Part shown: positions 1 through 9,344 of the stretch, piece by piece
How positions within the stretch are numbered: position 1 is the stretch's first letter
Layout of the letters: each line of letters begins with the position of its first letter
Source: Eremomyces bilateralis CBS 781.70
Taxonomy: Eukaryota
Direction: 5' to 3' (one strand)
DNA: 64,000 bases
NCBI GenBank assembly: GCA_010015585.1
Contig: ML975149.1
Notes under the pieces: generated by a model
The model's input: the letters and a program-made list of their open reading frames with translations, nothing else
Database searches by the model: none
What the model was told of the DNA's origin: nothing
Position numbers and translations under genes: made by a program

Positions 1-2112
1 CGATGCCGACGCCAGCGTCTTGCCGTCCGGCGCGAAGACTACGACGCCGACCGTGTCCGAATGGCCCTCGAGCGTCTGTATTACCGCATTCCATTTCTCT
101 TCGACCCTTGGAAAATTCCGTATCCATCTAGGTATACAGTTTACGAACTGCTTTCTTATTATACTTATTGTCGGTGCGAATACGAGGGCACTACAGTACG
201 TCTGAAGAGGAGCCTGCTCGATAGCTGGCCGATTATAGAGGACGAACCGCTTCGCATCATGGATAAAGCTTAAAATGCCAGGGCAATTACTTAACTAGCC
301 GAATTGTTAGCGAAAGCATTGAACGTGCTAAAGGTATACTAACGGAAGTAAATAGCTCTAAAGACGCGATAGCATGAGCTCCTTTCGACACCTCCCCCAT
401 CCATCCAAGAGCCTCGAGCCAGTGAAGAAGGTGCTCCTGTAAGAATTGATGTACTTGACCATTATCGCAAAGTCGAGCTCCACTTTTCTGGAGGTGCTGG
501 ATCCAGTAAAGACATGCGTACTGGACTTCAGGAGGAAGACTTTGTTCAACTCGGCTTCTCTCGACATTAGCTATAAGCATGCCGGGGGCATCTACGCAAC
601 AGATATCTTGCTTGAGTGATGACGACATAAGCTGGATACAGCTGTTGGTTAACACTTGGTGGGCTTCCTTCTCGTCTACCCAGAAATTTGGATCTCGGCA
701 TCTCTTTTTGTCGAGAAGAAAGTCGCGAAACGAAGGGTGATGCAGGCGAAGCGGATATATGTTGACCTTGGGGACATCTAGAATTGCATAAAGATCCTTG
801 AGCACCTCATCGATCTTTTGCTTGGTATTAAGCAGCCTGTGAAGCGAGCTGGCAGAGAGCTGGGAGAAGAGAACAACGATGCTTCCAAGAATGTGCCTTT
901 GCATGCCATACGATGCTTCCTTCTCCTTTGCTGAGTAACCTGACCGGATAGATTTCTTTAGGACGGTAGTATAGAGCTTATTAAGGTGTACTTCTGGATG
1001 CCCTTCTGAATGCTCTTCTGAATGCTCTTCTGGGTGCTCCTCTGGTGCAGGAATAGAGGTACTGCCTTCTAGCAAAGTTTGCACTCTTTCGTCTGCGAGA
1101 TAACCTTCTTGAATGAACCGACAAGCGGTTGCGGCCCAAATGAACAATCCCCCTGCAATCTGGATCAGGCTTTTAATAATCTCTTCGCCTGGCCAGGAGT
1201 CATCCAGAGAGTGCTCCTGTCTAATAAGTTTAAGATTATACTCGAAGAAAACAGAGATGTCGTGATCTACGATTAAGGGTGATATACTGTGAAGTACAAA
1301 ATCCTGGAGATTCGCATTTAGTAGCTGACTGAATTCATATCGGATTGGAATCTCAGGTCGGCTCGTCAGTAAGACTCGTAGTCGAACCGTCTTTAACAAT
1401 CGAGCTTCAGCCAAGAGCTGTATGATAACCTTGATGTTTTTGTCACCGTCGCACTCATCAAGCGCATCAACGACAAGTATGTACGAGGACTGGCCACCGT
1501 TTTCACCTAGCTTTAATAGTGGACGTAGGATAAGCTGCTGCCACTGGTCACGGAGTGACTGACTCGCAATGTCGCGGCGCTTTATGATGGCATCGCAAAT
1601 GTGCTGTTGGAGAGAGGGTATGTTGTTCGCCAGCTGCCACGCAATGCTCGTGATGAACTTGCCTGCATGGCTGACATCTCCACCGCCGCGCGAGAAGAAG
1701 AAGCTGGCTCCGAGATGCTTCTCATCAAAGCGCCTGCGGGCGACAGTGCGCGCAATTGTCGACTTGCCCGTGCCGGCCAAGCCGTTCAACCAGAAAATAG
1801 AACGCCCATCTTGCCCATCAGCCCAGTCGTATATCTTTTGGAGGAGGTCGACGCGGGTATCGGGAAGGCAGGCCGGGTCGTGTTGTCGCTGGAATGAATT
1901 GAACGGCGCGTCCTCTGCAGTAGGGAGGGAGTTGAGCACATCGTTCAAGTCTAGATTTCAAATCAGCTTTCCTGCTGCTTTAAGGCTATAGCCAGCTAAG
2001 CACACTCACTTTCGCTGCTCCCAAAGCTCACAGATCCATAGTTAGTGCCAGCGAAAGCCAGTGAATTCTGGTTGGCGGACACACTACTAATGAGTTGAGT
2101 GTTACCTGACAT
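1..2112 (-). CDS. NACHT-WD40 NLR (HET-E/NWD-like STAND protein) with a short N-terminal motif; 3' end runs off the window. Exons 2112-2010, 1950-344, 294-<1
   Basis: Walker A GLAGTGKST, FFFSRG, Walker B LVVDALDEC, LLTSRP and HHPSFRDFL in ORF 287-1948. Intron 2009-1951 (GTGAGT..GCTGAT..TAG) joins exon 1 MSGNTQLISSVSANQNSLAFAGTNYGSVSFGSSE in frame. Intron 343-295 (GTTAGT..GCTAAC..TAG) leads into LSNCPGILSFIHDAKRFVLYN..APLQTYCSALVFAP.. and the first WD40 repeat TLEGHSDTVGVVVFAPDGKTLASAS. Confidence 0.93.
986..1045 (-). repeat. Five imperfect 12-bp in-frame tandem repeats inside the NLR (PEEH-PEEH-SEEH-SEGH-PEVH)
   Basis: + strand units gtgtacttctgg / atgcccttctga / atgctcttctga / atgctcttctgg / gtgctcctctgg. 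Confidence 0.9.
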
Positions 2113-2762
2113 GAGTTTGGAGTAGCGACGCTAAGTTTTGCTAGGTGCCGGTTGTTGCTCTCTTCTGGCACATGTTGCCGTGTGTGGGCATGCGAACACC
2201 TGGGAGTGAGTTCATGTCTGTATCCAGATGAGTTTCATCCTCAACCAGCGAATGCATTTGCAAGGCTCGCTAATCAAAACTCCTGCCTTGCCGCTATCCA
2301 CTACTGGAGAGCAGCTATCGCCTGCAAAGTAATTAGCGCAGACATCAATACTACGGGTGTCTTGGCACAAGGATGAAAGCGCTGAGGGAAAATAACCTGC
2401 AAAACGCCCTCTAGGAACCTGAGAATTCCCAGGACGTTCTACCAGCATCTTTAGTTAGTGAGGTGAAATTACTTGCTTGATTATTCTAAGATGTAGAAGA
2501 CATAGGATTCCTTTTATAGTAGGAATTATTGTGTTAACCCTTTGTCCTGTGTTCTCTTCCTTAACACTTCCAGTCATCCCTTTTTCCAACATATTCCCGT
2601 AGTATGTACGCTCATTAAGGATTAAGATCAATCAACACTTTCAATTCTTGGTAATCAAGTGCTCTCCTGCTGAAGTCGCATCTCCAGATCACCTGATCAA
2701 AGGAACAGCTATTCTCTATCAGATATCGATCAAGCCACAGAGGACTGAATATCATTATTTCC

Positions 2763-4052
2763 TACACTGACAGGACATAAGTCTGGTCAGGGTCGTCAAA
2801 TCACGCGAAAATCCCCCATCACCACCCACACATTGAGATACGCTCAAAAGCGTAGAGAGAGCGATCAGTATACTATTTTTTGATTTCCTAATTGAGACGC
2901 GTCTAGTATTTCGTATGCCAGCCCTTTGCTTTGACCACCGCTCGTAAACGCTTCGGAATTGAGTCAATCAGTGCCCAGATGGTCTCCTAAGGGATCACCC
3001 ACCACGCCTGATTTAACGCCGTGTTCATGGCCTCCCGTGCGTCCTCTGAGGCACCTATCATCTTCAATTCAGGGTGGAGCTCTAGGACCTTGGTTTTTAA
3101 TAGGTGCCACATGTGTTCGATGGGGTTAAGGTCTGGGGAATGGGTTGGCCAATCGATAACCCAAATACCATGCGTCTCCAGCCATTCTTGGGTGATTTTG
3201 GCCGTATGGATCCTTGCATTACCCTGGATAACAGTATCCCCAGGTACATACATAGGGAGGAGCCCCTCCTCTAACGTAGCGATGTAGGATTTCGCGGAAT
3301 AGCCCTGTCTTAGAGGGTCTTCGTCGCGGTCCATGATCACCAGCTCCGACCTCCCTTCACGCGAGATTGAGCCCCAAATCGTCTGCGAAATCGCCTTTCC
3401 AGGGGTCTTAGGCTCGATCATCTTTGGCTCGTATGCTTCGTGATATAGGCGCCATATCCAAACCTGTTTTCCGCCGGCACATTTCTCATAAGAGTACTCG
3501 TCTGTAGAGTGGGTCCTTGAGAAGTCGAAATCTACGAACTCACAGGCGAATTGGAGCCGGTCTTTGACGTGGTAAGGCCTGAGATGGGGCCTCTCCTTCG
3601 CTCGCCACTTCGTAAGGTGATATTTCTTAAGCGTTCGGTAGACAGTCTTCTTTGAGATCCGGAGGTATTCGACGCCTGCGAGGAGCTCTGAGTACTCCAT
3701 CTTTGGGAATCTGCGTGCAATTTTGACGATATGCCGTTCGTCTGACCGTGATAATATAGGGGGGCGGCCCTTACGAGGTCTAGATTTAAGGAGGTGGTCT
3801 TGATCCCATCTTTTCTGCGTCCTGTACACCGTAAGTTGCGTAACGTTGAACTCCTCCGCCACTTCGCTCTTCGTTTTCCCACAAGCTAGGTTCCCTAAGA
3901 TCACAGCTCTTTGAACATCGGTTAATTCGTCGTTTCTGCGTCGATTGGCACTAATTTCATTACCGAAAGACCTCATTTTAATGGTGATGTTGATGGTTAA
4001 AATGGTGGTATTCAGCTGAGATAAAAGTCTTGATGTGTGACTGACCAGACTT
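2763..4052 (-). mobile_element. Tc1/mariner-superfamily DNA transposon (DD34E, impala-like), defective
   Basis: Left end TA-CACTGACAGGACATAAGTCTGGTCAG (2763-2790). Its inner 12 bp recur inverted at 4041-4052 (CTGACCAGACTT), but the outer part of that TIR is missing. A transposase lies between the two ends. Confidence 0.88.
2903..3976 (-). pseudogene. Tc1-type transposase pseudogene
   Basis: HTH region with RKGRPP, then STDE, QGNA (canonical QDNA, so the second catalytic D is G) and WPTHSPDLNPIE with 34-residue spacing. Premature TAG at 2989-2987; the frame continues ETIWALIDSIPKRLRAVVKAKGWHTKY* to 2903. Confidence 0.9.
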
Positions 4053-4238
4053 GTGGCTTAGTACTTTACTCCACTCAAGCGCCACGCTCCTTGCCTCCTT
4101 TATTATGTAATACGCGTTGTTTCATCTCATTTACAGTACATAATGATCGATCTCTTATGACCAAATCACCCTGAAATCCAACTATTCAGTAGAATCAGTC
4201 GGATAAATCTAACTAATAGAATGAGGCTCCCTACCCCG

Positions 4239-5560
4239 CTACACAACGTTTGTAGCAACGTCCTTATTGCCATTTCCTATAAATATAGGGCTCCTTAGTG
4301 CAGCTGCTTTCCGCAGGTTGTAAATCTTTTCTACCCTTGAGGGCGGGCCCTGCCTACCCGGATCTCTTTGTCGTAGTTTGCATGCGACTTCTCTTACTTG
4401 ATCTAGACAAAGGGTCTCTGCGCTCTCTTTTGGGAGTGCTCGTTGTCCGTCGATTGCTGGCTCAGCATTCACTTCCTCGTCCATATCTATGTCCATATCT
4501 ATGTCCATATGGTTTGAGTTTTCCGAGGCAATGTCACTTTGTGCCACGGGTATCCCTAGCTGGTTCGGGCCGGGCAGGACATTATATTGTGTTTGTATAC
4601 AATCGCAGGTTTCACCAGTCTGCCTATCCAGACTCCTGCCACAGTTTTCTGAGCTGCGCCATCTGCACTTCGCTCGTCCACAGTCGCCCCCGAACCAAAA
4701 GGGTCTCTGCCTGTGGAACGCCTGTTTGTTCCTTAAGCATACATCACCAGCGTTCCAGCCTAGCGACTGGTCCTGTCTCTCTGTATACCGACACGCGCAT
4801 CCGTTCTCTCGAGCCACGTGGTAGTCTCTCCGGCCGGGGTTTGATCCCGCCTGCTTTCAGATTCACCGAGGGTCAGAGCCCATTGAAGGGATGAGGTCCT
4901 TGGAGCCAGCAGTGGCTACCACGCACTACGCCCCGCGACTACTGTAAACAGTAGCCGTTTCGCGTTGCCTATAGAGGTCTCCCTCTGATGGGCCGACCGT
5001 GTCTTGCAGGATAAGGCAGTACTCATGCGTTTCACGCCGGGCAACGCAAGCAGCCTTATCCCATTAACCAAGCTCGTGTCCTCCATCATCTTAAGTTGGC
5101 CCGTGATTCTCCTATTGTATAGATCCAAGCGACGGGTCTGTGTCTCCATTAAGCCTCCCACCAGGAGCATACCTGTGTTTCTCCTCTATCGACTGGCCTG
5201 TAACTCCAGTTCCGTAAACTGTCGTGCTTGTCGCGCCCGGTAAGCTCGTGTCGTTATGGTATTAACAGGTTCCGATAGAGGGGCCTTAACAAGCGCTCCC
5301 GTTGCGAAGAGGCCCTCCGGCCTTAACAGAGTTCACCTAGATTTATACAAGTTAGCCTTAACAAGTTCTTTAGAATTAGGATTGTTCCAAACCCTCGCTA
5401 CACGCAACTCGTTGCTCACGCGTAACCCCAGAGTAGGCGAGCCTGAGGGTGTCCTGTTAGGGGCCTAGGACGCATCCTCATCCACCTGATAATAAGTCAG
5501 GCTTCCGGATCCAGCTGCGAGCTAAATAGACCCCTATCGGATGGTTTTCATCTCCCATTT
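4239..5560 (-). pseudogene. Degenerate coding remnant of unknown family
   Basis: One minus frame (~5550-4916) reads as protein with sparse TAG/TGA stops (..LRVARVWNNPNSKELVKANLYKSR*TLLRPEGLF..ASR*RRNTGMLLVGGLMETQ..). ORF 4239-4817 follows downstream and contains a 12-bp MDID repeat. No family recognised. Confidence 0.3.
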
Positions 5561-5877
5561 TTATCCCTCAAGAGGCTTCCCTTGATGAAAGGACACCGTG
5601 TTTAAGCAGAGGCAGTAAACACGGTCGTGCTGGTGTTGGTGGTATGGCGATACCCCGCTCAACGCTTGCGACCTGCACGCGTAATGCGTGCGTCTCTCTC
5701 ATCGCCACTACACTTAGCCATCGATCGAGAACTCTTCCCCATTAATGTTTCCACCCGCGGCGACATGGACGCGTACAGTTGGACTTCGCGGGCAGTTCTG
5801 CCTATTAAAACAAGGATAGAATTGTATGTTCCTACTTTTTATACCTGATTTCTCCCCCCAATGTTCCTAAGTGCAAG

Positions 5878-6059
5878 TTACTGGCACACTCCTGAGTAGC
5901 AGTTCCCAGGACCACAATGATCAGAAGTACTCCTGCAATAGCCGTAATTACTGCAGCAATCCCCGTTACAACACAGGTCTTGTTGCCTGCAAAGTTCGGA
6001 CCACAGGAGCCATCTAGGCTGGGTCCTCCGTCGTCCGTATGACATGCACCGCCATCTAG
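5878..6059 (-). pseudogene. Hevein-type chitin-binding (CBM18) domain remnant, frameshifted
   Basis: Minus strand reads LDGGACHTDDGGPSLDGSCGPNFAGNKTCVVT, then after a frameshift GDCCSNYGYCRSTSDHCGPGNCYSGVCQ*. This is the CBM18 C-G..C..CC-S-x-x-G-Y-C..C..C..G-x-C pattern. Not in the ORF track. Confidence 0.8.
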
Positions 6060-6739
6060 GAGACGCTTAATGTAGATTCCGAAAATATGAGAAATATGTA
6101 CTAGCTACAAAACGTCGACCTTCGGATCGTTATAGCCAGGAAGCTCGACGTACAAGAACATCAATGATATTGTGCGGTGGTAATAAGCCAAGTTGAAAAG
6201 GCGTTTCAAGGGGAGAACAACCAATTATAGAGATCGATGTAAGCCAAAAAGAATTTAAGCCACGTAAAAATAAGTGAAGTTGTTCATTTTATCACAGCCT
6301 TGCACTCCTTTGAAAACACCTTACCCGTCTTTCGCCATGCCAAAAGGAAAATAATATGAATCACTCAAACAACCGTAAGATGATAGGCCTTGTATACTTG
6401 CAATGCTCCTTCAGTGCTCTGGACCATAGCGAAGAACATTGTTAAGAAGAGTAAAGCGCAACCCAGAACGTGCACCATTGAACGCCATCCTGCCGATCCG
6501 CCCACCTGGAAGGCTGGAAGGATCGACAGGATCGTCGGTTGCAGTTCGCCAAGGCTACGTGGCGTTGCTTGGCGTTTACCTCTCAGATCAATCACCTCGC
6601 TCTTCCACCAACGACCACCGTAGTTCTTTTTCCATCCAACAATCACCTTGTTCCTTTTCCATGGAACAATCAACTTGAGCACTTTGTGCCGTCATCACCT
6701 ATACCAACAACTCGCTCTACTGATATGTGACCTTCAAAC

Positions 6740-7606
6740 ATGCTGCACACTCGCATTTGGCAGCGTGCGGCCCATGGACATCATGCTTCCCGTCATGTCT
6801 ATGCACTCCTACGCCAATCAAGTCCTATCGATCGATTCAAATCCTATCCAGGTCTATTCCGCACTACAACCCGTACATCTTTATTTCCCTATAGTTTTAA
6901 TATTTACTAATAGCTCTATAGGTTTGCTGCATGACGATAGTAACATTGCTCCGTCTCAGTCCTCCGAGTCCCCTCCTCAGTCCGCTCAGCCCGCTCAATC
7001 CTCTCCGTCCCCCCCGTCCTCTCCGTCCTCTCAGCCCTCCTCTCAATTCTCACCTGCGCAGAGCGCTACTACGGACAAGATCAGCGCGCTCCAGATAGAC
7101 ATGGCTACTACATCAACACGATTGGATCACCTCAAAGAGTCTTTTGGGATCCAAGTTGTTAGCCTCAAGTCCGCAATCAGTGCTCTCGATACCAAGTTCG
7201 ATACGAAGTTCAATATTCTCGATACCAAGCTTAGTGCCCTCACGACCGAGTTCAATGCCTTCAAGGCCGAGTTCAATGCCTTCAAGGCCGAGTTCAATGC
7301 CTTCAAGGTCGACGTCAAGGCCGAGTTCAATGCCTTCAAGGTCGACGTCAAGGCCGACATCAATACCATCTCGTATAGCCTCAATACCAAAATTGATTCA
7401 AAGTTTGCAGAATTGCAGCAACAACAAATGCGATTGGTATGGCGGGTGGTCTTTACTGTAAGTAATATCCCTCCAATTATATCGATATACCTGTTAATAG
7501 TATATAGCTTTTAAGCAGTGTGGTTGTGGCACTTGGCGGTGCGACCACCTTATTTATGCGAGACCGTTTAGCTCCGTTGGAGACTCGTCCTGTTGCGGAG
7601 AAATAA
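6740..7606 (+). CDS. Predicted mitochondrion-targeted coiled-coil protein with a C-terminal transmembrane anchor (CCDC90/MCUR1/DUF1640-like architecture). Exons 6740-6872, 6922-7457, 7508-7606
   Basis: Introns 6873-6921 (GTACAT..TACTAAT..TAG) and 7458-7507 (GTAAGT..TAG) keep one frame. Product: Arg-rich, acid-poor N-terminus MLHTRIWQRAAHGHHASRHVYALLRQSSPIDRFKSYPGLFRTTTRLLH, a Ser/Pro/Gln linker, a heptad coiled coil, then hydrophobic LVWRVVFTLLSSVVVALGGATTLFM and RDRLAPLETRPVAEK*. Confidence 0.75.
7246..7353 (+). repeat. Perfect 21-bp units (ccgagttcaatgccttcaagg) x4 with 12-bp inserts (tcgacgtcaagg) x2, encoding EFNAFKA and EFNAFKVDVKA
   Basis: 21-bp units at 7246, 7267, 7288 and 7321; 12-bp inserts at 7309 and 7342. 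Confidence 0.95.
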
Positions 7607-7719
7607 TATATAATCGCAATAGGTATGACTACGCATTAATGAGAAATGGAATAAGATTTAATTAGCACTAAAACAAGTTTATTATACCCCCCCTATACGA
7701 CTAGTTAGGTTTAGAGCTA

Positions 7720-8890
7720 GAATAGAATAAATCACCTGTTGACTTGGCTGTCTTCAACATCAAGCCATTGTCTTATTTCCAACCTGTGTGGATTTTGATG
7801 CCTCAGACATCTGGACCTTGTTGATTCTGGATCTGATGGACCGTGGACCAGGATGGCTATTAAGGCCGGGTCGGCTGATGGATAACTATTATTATTTGGT
7901 CCATTTAACGCCTGATACGGTCCTATCTAGTCCATGCAGGCTGTATCGCTACTATGGAGGACAAAAAACCCTGTAGGGAAACCCTTTTAGAAAACCACGC
8001 TAGCGCTACGGCGGCTTGCCCGCTAATTATAGCCCTATTTTTATCCTCAATTGTTGTTCACTGCTGGGGACCACTGCTTCCGCTCTCGCGGATATCTTGC
8101 GAACCGCCTGCATTACGCAGGCCTACCCCTTCTTCTCCCTCTCCCCCTATTCATCCCTAATCCCTTGGAACGGCGCGAACCCTGAACGGTCTTCCTCTTC
8201 TATCTTGCTGGCGAACTGAAATTGTAGGAGTAGACCGCGTGCGACTATCCAGCGGGCCGCCGCTATTGCACTCGCCGGAGTGGAGAGGATCTCAAGCAGG
8301 CCCTGTGTTTGGATCCGTGCGAATAGCTCTAGCCGAGCCTGTTCGCGTATTGAGCAATGGATCAGGACGTGACGTACTGTTTGCGCAGACCACCCGCAGG
8401 CGCAACTCGGGCGTATCTCCGGAACTCCAACCCCTGCAAGCCATGTGTTGAGACCGATCACCTCTGAGCGGAGGGGGAAGAGGGCAGTAGCGACGTGTTT
8501 CGGGGCTCCGTCATATAGTTTTAGGCGGTCCTCGCGCCAGTTGCCCTTCCAGATGCTTGCCGTTTGGTTCTGAGCCTTGCGTTGCCATTCCTCCTGCCAG
8601 TTGCGATCCGCTCACTTCCCGATGGCGGTTTTTATGCGGAAGGGTTGTAGTGGGGGACTCCTACCTCCCCCACGGCGGTGTTGTCGGGCTTCTTGCCTGA
8701 CCATTTGGATGATCTCCTCAGCACGCTGGCGCCCCATCTCCGCCACGCTGTGTGGACGTATGCGTATCGCACGCGGCCTGCGTCTTCCTCTTACTCCTTG
8801 CACACCCCTATTCTGCAGCGTCCCCCAGACCCTTTCCAGTGTTTCCGATGTCTTAGCCACGGCTGGGTGGCTGGCTGACTTGGCGTAGTA
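7720..8890 (-). mobile_element. Non-LTR (LINE, Tad1-like) retrotransposon 3' remnant
   Basis: Minus strand ..IGK*ADRNWQEEWQRK..WREDRLKLYDGAPKHVATALF, then a frameshift into LRSEVIGLNTWL..CACGWSAQTVRHVLIHC (ORF2 C-terminal CCHC finger)..AARWIVARGLLLQF. A possible TATTC-repeat tail lies near 7720-7730. Boundaries are approximate. Confidence 0.8.
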
Positions 8891-9344
8891 GCCTAGGGCG
8901 CTTGCTTGGATGTAAATACATGATCAAAAGATCCCGAGGTCCAGCGCCAGTGCGAAGAAGTACAGTGACTAGCGAAATTGGCTTCCGCCCTGCGCGGCCC
9001 AGAAATTCTCACTGCACCGCCACCTCGCACTCTTGGCGTAATCTTTACGCCATGGTTCTTAGTTATCAATATAGTAGTTACTGTATTCATTCGGCCCCTA
9101 AATGCTTATCACATTGATGCCTTACCATGGCAATCACGTGAACCCAAATGCCCTTCGTACCGTCGAGCCATTCAGCGCAGCGAGTTCTCCTGCGAGGCTG
9201 GGTTCAACCTTCGCCAGCCTTATCCCCATTTCCAAGTGTACCACCACATCCCCGTCATGGTTCATTCACTCTTTATCAAGAAACGATGTTTGAGTCTACC
9301 GGGAGACTTAAACTCTGGAACACTCCCTACTCTAAGTAAGAGCC

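Noticed and set aside
2269..2310. ANQNSCLAA in + ORF 2152-2376 echoing the NLR motif ANQNSLAFA
   Set aside because: Five-residue match in a short non-ATG ORF with no effector domain; likely chance.
7246..7353. 21-bp repeats with short inserts resembling a CRISPR array
   Set aside because: Eukaryotic context, units are adjacent, the inserts are identical, and all are in-frame coding repeats.
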